Of a DNA stretch of 64,000 nucleotides, positions 25,412 through 34,632 are shown one piece after another (the first letter of the stretch is position 1; each line of letters begins with the position of its first letter). Source of the stretch: an uncultured Actinomycetota bacterium (lineage in GTDB: Bacteria; Actinomycetota; Actinomycetes; Prado026); contig CAWKHA010000004.1 of NCBI GenBank assembly GCA_963849365.1, forward strand, positions 1,570,051 through 1,634,050, given 5' to 3'. Below the pieces are notes generated by a model. It had not been told where the DNA came from. It did not search any database and saw nothing but the letters and a program-made list of their open reading frames with translations. Position numbers and translations under genes: made by a program.

Positions 25412-26527
25412 ATGGGTGTGGAGTCGTACGACGTCCTCGTCGTCGGCGGCGGGATGGCCGGTGTCTCGATCGGGTTCGAGCTCGCGGCAGACCGGAGCGT
25501 CCTGGTCGCGGACATGGAACGCACGCTCGCGTTCCACACCACCGGGCGGTCTGCCGCGATGCTGCAGCAGTGCTACGGAAGCCCGACGATCCGCATGCTG
25601 ACGGCTGCGAGTCGCAGCTACCTGGAGGACCCGCCCTGGGAGCAACAGCTGCTGTCGCCGATGCCGATGCTGTACATCGGCCGGGCCGGCCGTGGCGACG
25701 CCGTCGCCGAGCTCTATCGGGAGGTCCAGCCGCTTGTCCCGGAAGTGGCGCTGCTCGATGCCGCCGAAGCTGTTGCGCTGCAGCCGTTGTTGCGACCGGG
25801 CAGCGTGGATCTGGCGCTGGTCGAGCCGCACGCGATGACGATCGACGTGCACGCCCTGCACCAGGGCTACGTCCAGGGCCTGCGCGCCCGCGGGAGCGCG
25901 ACCATGGTCGACGCACAGGTCTGCTCGGCCTCACGGGACGTTGAGGGGTGGACGGTGCAGCTGACTGGCGGCCGCACGGTCCGGGTCGAGCTGGTCGTGA
26001 ACGCGGCTGGCGCCTGGGCCGACCGGCTTGCCGAGCGTTGCGCAGTCCCGGCGGTCGGGCTGCGCCCCCTTCGCCGCAGCGTCTTCATGGTCGACGCACC
26101 GGCTGGCGCGGCCGCGCCGATGATCGACGACATCGACGAAGCCTTCTACGTTAAGCCAGAGGCCGGCGGATTGCTCTGCTCGCCCGAGGACAAGACGCCG
26201 CAGGACCCCGGGGACCCTCGACCCGACGAGCTGGAGATCGCGCGCGCGATCGAGGTGATCAACGAAGTCACCACGCTCGATGTGCGGCACATCCGGTCAG
26301 CGTGGGCGGGACTGCGCAACTTCGTCGCCGACGGCGAGCCGGTCGTCGGGTTCGACCCGACAGTCGAGGGGTTCTTCTGGTTCGCCGGCCAGGGCGGGTA
26401 CGGGATCATGACGGCACCGGCGCTGGCCCGGATGGGCGCTGCCCTGGTCCGCCGTGAGCCGGTCCCTGCCGACCTCACCCAGCGGGGCCTGACCGACTGG
26501 GAGCTGGCGCCCAGCCGATTCGGGTGA
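25412..26527 (+). CDS. DAO-family FAD-dependent oxidoreductase
   Basis: YDVLVVGGGMAGVSIGFELA dinucleotide fold and HTTGRSAAM. RBS GAGGAG. Confidence 0.85.
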   Translation: MGVESYDVLVVGGGMAGVSIGFELAADRSVLVADMERTLAFHTTGRSAAMLQQCYGSPTIRMLTAASRSYLEDPPWEQQLLSPMPMLYIGRAGRGDAVAELYREVQPLVPEVALLDAAEAVALQPLLRPGSVDLALVEPHAMTIDVHALHQGYVQGLRARGSATMVDAQVCSASRDVEGWTVQLTGGRTVRVELVVNAAGAWADRLAERCAVPAVGLRPLRRSVFMVDAPAGAAAPMIDDIDEAFYVKPEAGGLLCSPEDKTPQDPGDPRPDELEIARAIEVINEVTTLDVRHIRSAWAGLRNFVADGEPVVGFDPTVEGFFWFAGQGGYGIMTAPALARMGAALVRREPVPADLTQRGLTDWELAPSRFG

Positions 26528-26575
26528 GATCGATGGCCACCCGTCTCCTCCTCTTCCCCCTGACTCCACCCGGCG

Positions 26576-26592
26576 ATATCGTGCTCGGATAT
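26576..26592. promoter_or_regulatory. RTATCG-N5-CGATAY box upstream of the amidohydrolase gene
   Basis: ATATCG tgctc GGATAT. Same GCGATATCGTGCT string as at 8159 and 52282. Confidence 0.6.
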
Positions 26593-26626
26593 TACTCGAA
26601 CCTGGCCGCAGGGTAGGAGGCTCGTC

Positions 26627-28666
26627 GTGAGCGTCGCGTTCGAAGACGTGTCGGTCGTCCCGATGGACGCCGAGCACGTCGTCCATGGCCAGACCGTCGT
26701 CGTCGAGGACGACCGGATCACCTGGGTCGGACCCGCCACGGACGCGCATGTCCCAGCCGGAGCCCAGCGCATCGATGGGAGCGGGAAGTTCCTGATGCCG
26801 GGGTTGGCGGACATGCACTGCCACCCGTGTGACGAAGACGACCTGCTGCTGCTGGTGGCGCACGGCGTCACGACCATCCGCAACCTGGAGGGCATGCCGC
26901 GCCATGTGCTCTGGCGGGAGCGCGTCGCCTCGGGCCAGATGCTGGGCCCGACGATCTACACGTCCGGTCCGATCGTGGACGGTCGGCCGGTCCGCGGCTT
27001 CGGCAGTCTGTCGGTCGTCACCGCAGAGGAGGCGGTCGCGGCGATCGAGCAGACCAAGCGCGGCGGGTACGACTGCGTCAAGGTCTACGACCAGCTGTCC
27101 CCCGAGGCGTACGGCTGGGTCGTGGCGGCAGCCCGGGAGCGCGATCTGCCGGTGGTGGGGCACATCCCGTTCCAGGTCGGGCTCTACGAGATCCTCTCCA
27201 GTGGTCAGCGCTCGATCGAGCACCTCTACGGCTACCCGCAGGCGCTGCAACCACAGTCGCGAGCGGTCGAAGCGCCGCACGACCTCGGACAGCTGCGCAA
27301 GGGACTGTTCGACATGGCTCAGCACGCGGAGCTGGGACGCCTCCCGGAACTCGCGGCTCAGACGCGGGAGGCGGGCACGTGGAACTGCGCGACGCTGATC
27401 GTCCGTGGCCGGTGGCTGGCCGGACCGGCTGCGCTGTCCGCGCTGCCTGAGCTGGCGTACCTGTCGCCGTTGCGTGCGGCCCAGGCCCGGGACTTCTTCC
27501 ATCACTACCCGACCGAACCGGAGCGCTTCGCGGTGCCGGAGTTCAACGCGGCTGTCCTGCGCGGCCTGAACGAGGCCGGCGCGGGGGTGCTGGTCGGGAC
27601 CGACGCAGGCGTCCCGGGCTTCGTGTACGGCGCGTCCGAGCACGAAGAGCTGCGGGCGTTCGTGGAGGCCGGCCTCAGCCCCTACGAGGCGCTCCGCGCC
27701 GCGACGACCGCTCCGGCCGAGTTCCTCGGCCAGCCCGGCCAGTGGGGACAGGTCGTCGCCGGCGCCCGTGCGGACCTGGTGCTGCTGGACGCCGACCCGA
27801 TCGCCGACATCGCGAGCACAACGCGCCGCAGCGGCGTCATGGTCCGCGGGCGATGGCTGCCGCAGACGGAGATCGACCTCCTGCTGGCCGACCTCGCGGC
27901 GCGGCGCCGCGAACCCATGGCCTACCGCACGCGCTCAGGGAGCGCACCGGCCGTGCCGAAGGGCAGCGAGGAGCTGCAGTTCGACGTGACCTGGGCCGGT
28001 TTCGCCGTCGGCGAGGAGCACATCGCCGACGAGCAGAACGCACAGGGAGATCGTCGTGTCGTGGCGACGTCGTCCATCGACGGACTGGGCACGGCCCTGG
28101 GTTCGGAGGCCGGCACGTACCGGGCACAGGTGAGCGTGGACTCGGCCGGGGTCGACCAGTCCGCCTGGTTCGAGTTCGACGGCGACGACGGTACGGACCG
28201 GGTCGAGATCACGCGCGTGAACGGGTCGGTGCACGTCCGGCACAGCCAGGCCACCCACGACGAAGAGGTGACTGTCGCCGACCCGGACGCGACCGCCGTG
28301 TTCGGCCGTCCCTTGACCGCCCTGTACCTGCGGCTTGCCGAGCGGCTCGCCGGGCTCGAGGTTGGCGACCAGGTCGACGTGCCCGTCATCGCGCCCGGGA
28401 TCTCGCCGGACCTGACCGTCATGGCGTCGAGCATGCACGCGAAGCGGCTGCCCGCCGCCGGCTCCGACGACCCTGGTCCGCGCTATCTCCTGGAGTTCCA
28501 GCGGCCGAACTGGTCCGCGGTCGCCCGGCTCACCTGCGACGTCGCGAACCGGCCCGTCCGCATCGAGATGAGCACGGACCTGACCTACTGGCACAACAAC
28601 TCCGCCGACAGCCTGCCCGACGACGAGTCCATCGTGCGTGTCACCCGGGTCGCAGCCGCGCGCTAG
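26627..28666 (+). CDS. metal-dependent amidohydrolase with about 250-aa C-terminal domain of unknown function
   Basis: GLADMHCHP (HxH), VKVYDQ, VVGHIP, LVGTDAG and ADLVLLDADP blocks in residues 1-420. Residues from about 425 on match no family I recognise. GTG 26627 follows AGGAGG. Confidence 0.8.
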   Translation: MSVAFEDVSVVPMDAEHVVHGQTVVVEDDRITWVGPATDAHVPAGAQRIDGSGKFLMPGLADMHCHPCDEDDLLLLVAHGVTTIRNLEGMPRHVLWRERVASGQMLGPTIYTSGPIVDGRPVRGFGSLSVVTAEEAVAAIEQTKRGGYDCVKVYDQLSPEAYGWVVAAARERDLPVVGHIPFQVGLYEILSSGQRSIEHLYGYPQALQPQSRAVEAPHDLGQLRKGLFDMAQHAELGRLPELAAQTREAGTWNCATLIVRGRWLAGPAALSALPELAYLSPLRAAQARDFFHHYPTEPERFAVPEFNAAVLRGLNEAGAGVLVGTDAGVPGFVYGASEHEELRAFVEAGLSPYEALRAATTAPAEFLGQPGQWGQVVAGARADLVLLDADPIADIASTTRRSGVMVRGRWLPQTEIDLLLADLAARRREPMAYRTRSGSAPAVPKGSEELQFDVTWAGFAVGEEHIADEQNAQGDRRVVATSSIDGLGTALGSEAGTYRAQVSVDSAGVDQSAWFEFDGDDGTDRVEITRVNGSVHVRHSQATHDEEVTVADPDATAVFGRPLTALYLRLAERLAGLEVGDQVDVPVIAPGISPDLTVMASSMHAKRLPAAGSDDPGPRYLLEFQRPNWSAVARLTCDVANRPVRIEMSTDLTYWHNNSADSLPDDESIVRVTRVAAAR

Positions 28667-28683
28667 CCGCCAGGTCGAGTCCG

Positions 28684-29925
28684 TTGATCCAGCGCTACCG
28701 CACGCTCTTCCGCGCGCCCGGCGCCGCGGCGTTCTGCTGCGCGTCGTTCGTGCAGCGCATGCCGGTCGCGATGTACCCGCTCGGGATCATCCTGATCATC
28801 GCTGCACGCGACGGTCGGTACGGCTTCGCGGGCGTGCTGAGCGCGCTCTACCTCCTCGGCAACGCGGCAGGCAGCCCGGTGCTAGCCGGACTGGCCGACC
28901 GGCACGGACAGCGGCGGGTGCTGCTGCCGGGTGCTGCGGTGCATGCAGCCGGTGTCGCGACGTTCGCGGTCCTGCTGAGCAACGACGTGCCGGACTGGCT
29001 GCTCGCTGTCCCCGTCGTGGTGTTCGGCTTCAGCTACGTCTCGGTGGCCTCGCTCGTCCGGGCGCGCTGGGTGTTCGTGCTGCACGGCGCACCGGGTCTG
29101 GCCACAGCGCTCTCGCTGGAGTCCGTGCTGGACGAGGTCGTCTGGATCGTCGGGCCGCTGGTCGCGACGGTGCTGGTGACGGACGGTGCGTCGCTGTTCA
29201 TCCTCGCCGTCGGAGTCGTCCTCGTCGTCACCGGATCCATCGGCTTGGCCTCCCTGCGCGGCACCGCACCGCGGCCGCCCCCGCGCGACAGTGCCGCGCG
29301 CGCCTCCGCGCTGCGCACCCGCGGCATGGCTCGGATCACGCTGGCGACCGCCGGGGTGGGGGGAGTGTTCGCCAGCTCCGAGGTGGCGATGGTGGCGTTC
29401 TGCGCTCAGCACGGGCAGCGCGCGCTGAGCGGCGTGGTGCTCGCGCTGGCAGCCGCCGGTAGCGCCGTGGCGGGTCTCCTGTACGGCGCCGTCGACTGGC
29501 GCACCGACGTGCTGGACCGATACCGGGTGCACGCGGTGACGTTCGCCGTGCTGCCAGCCATGCTCTTCGCCGCAGCGAACGTGCCGGCGCTGGCCGTGGC
29601 CAGCTTCGTCCTGGGCCTGGGCACCGCACCGGCGCTCATCACGACGTTCGGCCTGGTCCAGCAGATCGTCCCTGCCCGCTCACTCACCGAGGGACTGGCC
29701 TGGGCCAACGCCGGGATCAAGGTCGGCTACGCCCCCGGCGCGGCGCTCGCCGGCATCGTCGCCGACCAGCACGGCGCCCGGGCCGCGTTCCTCGTTACAG
29801 TCGTGGCGTCCGTCTTCGTGGCGCTGTTCGCCCTTTCCGTCCGCGTGCGCCGTGACCCGGGACCGCCGTCCCACCATCCACTGGATGGGGTAGTCCGGGT
29901 CGGTCAGCGCCGGGCGCTCGGGTGA
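28684..29925 (+). CDS. MFS transporter (start uncertain)
   Basis: About 12 hydrophobic spans, LADRHGQRRVLL loop motif. TTG 28684 is the first start after the upstream stop. The last ~20 codons read antisense through the oxidase stump at 29865-29988. Confidence 0.7.
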   Translation: MIQRYRTLFRAPGAAAFCCASFVQRMPVAMYPLGIILIIAARDGRYGFAGVLSALYLLGNAAGSPVLAGLADRHGQRRVLLPGAAVHAAGVATFAVLLSNDVPDWLLAVPVVVFGFSYVSVASLVRARWVFVLHGAPGLATALSLESVLDEVVWIVGPLVATVLVTDGASLFILAVGVVLVVTGSIGLASLRGTAPRPPPRDSAARASALRTRGMARITLATAGVGGVFASSEVAMVAFCAQHGQRALSGVVLALAAAGSAVAGLLYGAVDWRTDVLDRYRVHAVTFAVLPAMLFAAANVPALAVASFVLGLGTAPALITTFGLVQQIVPARSLTEGLAWANAGIKVGYAPGAALAGIVADQHGARAAFLVTVVASVFVALFALSVRVRRDPGPPSHHPLDGVVRVGQRRALG

Positions 29926-29988
29926 GAAGGACTGGACCCACTCTGTGCGCGGTCGTGCTGTCCCAGTGCCATCGCGGCCAGCAGTCGG
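29865..29988 (-). pseudogene. 3' stump of a sarcosine-oxidase-like gene (near-identical copy of 35181-35305)
   Basis: About 94% nucleotide identity by eye to the 3' end of the gene at 35185-36390, with a 1-nt deletion. Translates LLAAMALGQHDR then out of frame. Confidence 0.65.
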
Positions 29989-30000
29989 TCGTTAGCACGG

Positions 30001-30029
30001 TTGACGATATCGCCAAGTGAGAGCAGACT
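30001..30029 (+). promoter_or_regulatory. sigma70-like promoter with embedded CGATATCG core (copy of 37187-37215)
   Basis: TTGACG (30001-30006), a 17-nt spacer containing CGATATCG, then CAGACT (30024-29). 29991-30030 matches 37177-37216. Confidence 0.55.
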
Positions 30030-30061
30030 GGAGTCCCATCCCTCGGCGAAAGCGTGGCGGC

Positions 30062-30217
30062 ATGACCAGTGCTCACACGTGCAGCCGCTGCGGGAACCCC
30101 CGGCTGATCATGCAGCTGAGCTTCGACCCGGTGCCGCGGGTGCGCACCGAGTGCCGGGAGTGCGGCACCGTCACGACCGGCTTCACGGTGCACGATCTGG
30201 CCGAGGACGCCCAGTGA
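30062..30217 (+). CDS. small zinc-ribbon / rubredoxin-knuckle-like protein (51 aa)
   Basis: MTSAHTCSRCGNP...TECRECGTV has two CxxCG knuckles. The N-terminal half recurs after the Rieske gene (38418: MAAERTCRHCGNP...TECR). RBS is weak. Confidence 0.4.
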   Translation: MTSAHTCSRCGNPRLIMQLSFDPVPRVRTECRECGTVTTGFTVHDLAEDAQ

Positions 30218-30255
30218 CCGCCTAGCTGTGCCCTGAGGATTGCGGTTGGGCTCGG

Positions 30256-31404
30256 CTATCGCCGTCGACCCGACTCACGCGCTGCCATCGCCTCGCGCAC
30301 CCGCCGCCTGGCCAGGTCGCGCCCGGCGGCATGCGTCGTGCTCCCGTCCGCCTCGGCCTTCGTCAGCACCTGGACGGTGTTGGCGGCGATCCGCCGCTCC
30401 ACGTCAGCCAGCAGCTCGTCCCGCTGCACCGGGAAGCCGGTCCGTCTGCTGCGGATCTCGTACGCGGCCGCGATCACGCCGCCGGCGTTGGCGATCAGGT
30501 CGGGGACGACGGTGACGCCGCGGGAGGACAGCAGACTGATCGCGTCCTCCGTGCAGGGCAGGTTCGCCCCCTCGACAAGGACCCTGGCTGCGATGGACGC
30601 GGCTTCCGCGGCCCCGATGACGTCCTGGGTCGCGGCAGGGATCAGGACGTCGCAGTCCAGTCGCAGCTGCGCGTCGGGAGCCACCGGGGTCGCCCCGCTG
30701 GCGGTGGCGAGGCACCCGTCGCCCATCTCCTCGCGCGCCTCGAGCGGTCCGGGGACGTCGAGCCCGTCCTCGTCCAGGATGGCGCCGTCAGCGGTGGACA
30801 CCGAGATGATCGAGGCACCGAGCCGGTGCAGTCTCGCGGCGGTCGCTGCGCCGACGGCGCCGAAGCCCTGGACGACTACCCGAGCTCCGTCGACGGCCAG
30901 GCCGGCGAAGGCCATCGCCTGGATCGCTGACGCGGCGACTCCGTGACCGGTCACGCCCCAGGCGTCGTACGGGACTCCGCCGAGGGCGCTCGGACCCCCG
31001 GTCGCAGCGTCCACCGTCCCCAGCTCGTCCTGCAGGATCGCCGCGTCGACCTCGGTCAGGCCCACGTCGAGACCGAACATGTACTCACGAGGGACCTCGC
31101 TGGCGAGAGCCCGTGCGAACCGTCGCAGCGCGAGCTCCTTGTCGGCGCACTTCGGGTCGAACCGCAGACCGGCTTTGGCGCCGCCGAACCGAAGATCAGC
31201 TGCCGCCCACTTCCACGTCATGACGCGAGCCAGCCGAGCGACCTCGTTGATCGTCAGGGACGGTCGCATCCGCGTGCCGCCCTTGCCGGGTCCGCGGGAC
31301 GTGTTGTCGATGACGAGCGCTCCTTGCATGCCGAGCGCCTCGTCGCGCACGAGGACCACCTTCTCCGGGCCCCACTCGTCGGCCGTGCAGATCTCGTCGA
31401 TCAT
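30256..31404 (-). CDS. Glu/Leu/Phe/Val amino-acid dehydrogenase family
   Basis: GPGKGGTRM, RFGGAKAGL (catalytic Lys region) and VVVQGFGAVGAATA. ATG 31404 follows GGAG. The 836-aa ORF-track extension is rejected. Confidence 0.85.
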   Translation of the reverse strand: MIDEICTADEWGPEKVVLVRDEALGMQGALVIDNTSRGPGKGGTRMRPSLTINEVARLARVMTWKWAAADLRFGGAKAGLRFDPKCADKELALRRFARALASEVPREYMFGLDVGLTEVDAAILQDELGTVDAATGGPSALGGVPYDAWGVTGHGVAASAIQAMAFAGLAVDGARVVVQGFGAVGAATAARLHRLGASIISVSTADGAILDEDGLDVPGPLEAREEMGDGCLATASGATPVAPDAQLRLDCDVLIPAATQDVIGAAEAASIAARVLVEGANLPCTEDAISLLSSRGVTVVPDLIANAGGVIAAAYEIRSRRTGFPVQRDELLADVERRIAANTVQVLTKAEADGSTTHAAGRDLARRRVREAMAARESGRRR

Positions 31405-31449
31405 TCGACTCCAGCCCTCGCCTAGCCCGGCGGTCGTCGACAGAGTACA

Positions 31450-31466
31450 ATATCGGCTACTGATAT
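31450..31466. promoter_or_regulatory. RTATCG-N5-CGATAY box in the amino-acid dehydrogenase / SnoaL divergent region
   Basis: ATATCG gctac TGATAT. Confidence 0.65.
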
Positions 31467-31488
31467 CGTTAGCCTTCGAGGAGGACGG

Positions 31489-32073
31489 GTGCTCGACCTG
31501 ACCAGCGGGAGCGGAGCCCGCCTGCTCCTGTCCGTCACGGGGCTGCCACGCGTTCCTCAGGGTCTCGCCAAGGACCGGGAGCTGGAGCTGGTCGCCGAAG
31601 AGGCTGCGCTGCTGGACTACGTCACGTCGTACGCGCACGTCGTCAACTCCGGGGACATCGACGGGGTCGTGGACAGCTACGCGGCCGACTGCGTGTGCAT
31701 CAGCCCGCGGGGGTGCTACATCGGTACGGCGGAAGTGCGCCGGAACTACGAGCTCTACTACGACCCGGTGCGCTGGTTCACACTCTGGATGAACGTCACG
31801 GTGCGCTTCGTGCGCCCCTTCGACGACGCATACGTGTCCGCCTACCAGTACAGCATCGGCGTCAGTGACGCGGATCCAGTGGCACAGGGCGCGATCTCCA
31901 CCGACGTCTGGCACGTGACGCGGGTCGAGCGGTCGTGGAAGATCGTCGAACGCCGGATCGACTTCGTCGACCGCTGCAACCACCGGCTGCTTCCAGCCGT
32001 CTCGGCCGAGCGGACCGATGGCGGTCTCCGTCCCATCTCTGTACTCTCGGACAGCGATATCTCGCGGCGTTAG
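31489..32073 (+). CDS. SnoaL-like / NTF2-fold protein (paralog 2 of 3)
   Basis: YAHVVNSGDIDGVVDSYAADCVCISPRG...WMNVTV...AYVSAYQY...ERSWKIVERRIDF. GTG 31489 follows GAGGAGG. Confidence 0.75.
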   Translation: MLDLTSGSGARLLLSVTGLPRVPQGLAKDRELELVAEEAALLDYVTSYAHVVNSGDIDGVVDSYAADCVCISPRGCYIGTAEVRRNYELYYDPVRWFTLWMNVTVRFVRPFDDAYVSAYQYSIGVSDADPVAQGAISTDVWHVTRVERSWKIVERRIDFVDRCNHRLLPAVSAERTDGGLRPISVLSDSDISRR

Positions 32074-32088
32074 CAGGAGAGGAACGAC

Positions 32089-33396
32089 GTGGCCGGGGAG
32101 CAGACCAGCGGCCGAGGCGGCATCGTCGTCATCGGCGGCGGCATCGTGGGCGTCAGCACCGCGCTGCACCTGCAGCGGGCGGGTCACCAGGTGACGCTCA
32201 TCGAACGCGACTCGCCGGGATCGGGCGTATCCGGGCACAACGGCGGGGTCTTCAACGTCGGCGAGTGCATGCCGACGGGGACTCCAGGCGTGCTGCGCAG
32301 CATCCCGCGGCTGCTGGTCGATCCGAACGCGGCGCTGATCGTGCGATACCGCTACCTGCCCCAGCTCGCGCCCTGGCTGGTGCGGTTCGTTCGCTCGACC
32401 AGGTCCGAACGCGTCGAGGAGATCGCTGCGGCGATGCAGCAGCTCACCGACCGGTCCATCGACGGGTACCGCCCGCTCGTCGAGCACACTCCGGCCACGG
32501 AGCTCATGCACGAGGGTGGCATCCTGCTCGGCTACCGGACCGAGCAGATGTTCGACGCGGCTCGGTACGGTCGTGAGCTGCGCGTCCGTCACGGGGTCGA
32601 GTTCGACGTCCTCGACGACGTGGAGATCACAGCTCTCGACCCTGTCCTCGCCGGCAGGTTCGACCGGGCGATCTACCGACGACAGCCACACTTCACGGAC
32701 GACTCCCAGCGATTCGTCGAGCTGCTCGCCGACGACTTCGTCGCACGAGGCGGCCTGGTCCGCCACGCCGTCGCCCAGGGCATCGACGCGCGCAACGGCC
32801 GGGTGAAGGCAGTGGACACCACGGCCGGACGGGTGTCTGCGGACGTGGTCGTCATCGCCGCCGGTGCCTGGTCGAGGCGTCTGGTGCGCCAGCTCGGCTT
32901 CGACGTGCCGTTGGAGACCGAGCGCGGCTACGGAGTCTTCCTTCCCGACCCCGGGGTCGAGCTACGGCTGCCGGTCATCCTCGAGGACCTGCACATCGGG
33001 ATCACCCCGACCCGGGCCGGTCTGCAGCTGACCGGGATCGACGAGCTCGCCAGCGCTGACGCGCCGCCTCGGTCCGCGGTCGCCAAGCGGGTCATCCGGG
33101 CGGCGACGACGGTGTTCCCCGAGCTGCGCACCGAGGGTGCGGTGTCGTGGATGCACTGTCGTCCGTCCCTGCCCGACTCCCTGCCCGTCATCGGGGAGGT
33201 GCCCGGACACCGCAACGCGTTCATGGCCTTCGGCCACGGGCACAAGGGCCTGGGCATGGGCGGGATCACCGGCTCGCTGATCCGCCAGCTGGTCGACGGG
33301 GAGCGGCCGAGCCTGGACCTGAAGCCGTACAGCCCGCTGCGGTTCAGCAGACAAGGACGCCGGCAGGTGGCGCGAGACAGCGTCACCGTGGCGTGA
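32089..33396 (+). CDS. DadA-like FAD-dependent D-amino-acid dehydrogenase family
   Basis: IVVIGGGIVGVSTALHLQRAGHQVTLIE and AFGHGHKGLGMG. GTG 32089 follows GGAGAGGA. Confidence 0.85.
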   Translation: MAGEQTSGRGGIVVIGGGIVGVSTALHLQRAGHQVTLIERDSPGSGVSGHNGGVFNVGECMPTGTPGVLRSIPRLLVDPNAALIVRYRYLPQLAPWLVRFVRSTRSERVEEIAAAMQQLTDRSIDGYRPLVEHTPATELMHEGGILLGYRTEQMFDAARYGRELRVRHGVEFDVLDDVEITALDPVLAGRFDRAIYRRQPHFTDDSQRFVELLADDFVARGGLVRHAVAQGIDARNGRVKAVDTTAGRVSADVVVIAAGAWSRRLVRQLGFDVPLETERGYGVFLPDPGVELRLPVILEDLHIGITPTRAGLQLTGIDELASADAPPRSAVAKRVIRAATTVFPELRTEGAVSWMHCRPSLPDSLPVIGEVPGHRNAFMAFGHGHKGLGMGGITGSLIRQLVDGERPSLDLKPYSPLRFSRQGRRQVARDSVTVA

Positions 33397-33414
33397 GATT
33401 GGACGGGTCCAGAC

Positions 33415-34432
33415 GTGTCGACCTCGCAGTACTACCACCGGCTCCGCGACAGCCAGCGCCTGCTCCTGAGGCGGGACGAGGTGCGCTGGCACCTGCAGGT
33501 CACCGAGACGCCGCCGCAGTCCGACGTGGTCGTCGACTTCGGCTGTGGCCAGCAGCTGGTTCCGAGCATCATGGTCGAGATGGTGGACGTGCTGACTGCG
33601 CTCGGTGCTCCGGTGGCCGCGGTGGCGGGCCCGCAGTGGTGCTGCGGGATGCCGGTGGAAGAGGAGGAGGAGGGTGGCAGCCTGCGAGTGGTGAGCGCCT
33701 CGGTCCGTCACCTGTCCAGAGTTCCAGCCACGCATGGTCTTCCAGTCCTGTGGAGCGTGGTGGCCACACACGGCGAAGTTGCGCGAAGCCGGTGAAGCGG
33801 TTCCGTTCGGCCTGGAGCATCTGAGCCAGCTGGTGCTGGACACGCTGCAGGGCCGTGTCGACGACATCGCGTGGCGAGAGGCGCCGACCACCCGGGTGCT
33901 GCTCCATCTCAAGGCGCAGGACGCGACTGAGGAGGACCGGGCCGAGCGGCCCTCGCTCAGCACGACCGACCGCGCGGTGCCAGCGATCCTGGAGCTGATC
34001 CCTTCGGTCGAGATCGTGGGCGAGGTCGAGGCGCCCTCGGCCGGTCGGCCCTGCGAGACGGACGAGGACGGCGACGACGACTCGCTCCTGGCCGCGCTCT
34101 CGGCCCAGGAGCGTCAGGGGGTCTTGGACGAGTTGGTCGCCCAGGCGGATCGGGCCGGCGCTGATCTGATCGTGTGCGCTCACCACCGCTGCTACCAGGA
34201 GTGGGGCAAGTTCGCGAGCGAGCGCCTTCCGGTCCACCACTACATCTCGGTGCTGGCCGACGCGCTGGGGTTGGCTCAACCAAGCCGTTTCCACCAGTGC
34301 TACGCGCTGCCGTCCACCGACGACATCGTCGAGGCGACCGCGCCGCAGTGGCGGTCCTGGGACCTGAACCGGGACGAGGCGGTCGTGATCGCCCAGGAGA
34401 TCTTCCCGAAGCATCCGCGCTCGCGCAGCTGA
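33415..34432 (+). pseudogene. CCG-motif protein (paralog 3 of 3), frameshifted and with degraded CxxC
   Basis: DFGCGQQLVP...WCCGMP is in the frame of ORF 33415-33795. The remainder (EFQPRMVFQSCGAWW...HHRCYQEWGKF...) is in the frame of ORF 33734-34432. Deleting one nt near 33718 restores alignment to paralogs 1 and 2. The CxxC reads CGAW and the C-terminal Cys tail is absent. Confidence 0.7.
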
Positions 34433-34632
34433 CGTGCTGCTCATAGCCACGATCTCGAGCGGTAGCCGTGCCGAAGCCTCCGGTGCCCGATTCTGTGAGC
34501 GCCATCCTGGCCAAGCCCAACCCGGCGGTGAGGGGGGCGATCCGTTCCGACGGCCAGCCCGTCATGGTCGCCTGGAGGTACCTAGCATCTGAGACAGGCA
34601 GGACTGCGGGATCGAGCAGCTGATACCAGATG

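Noticed and set aside
32057-32073. Possible box ATATCT cgcgg CGTTAG just before the DadA-like gene
   Set aside because: The right half-site is poor and it lies inside the 3' end of the SnoaL2 coding sequence. The SnoaL2, DadA-like and CCG3 genes are more simply one operon driven from 31450.
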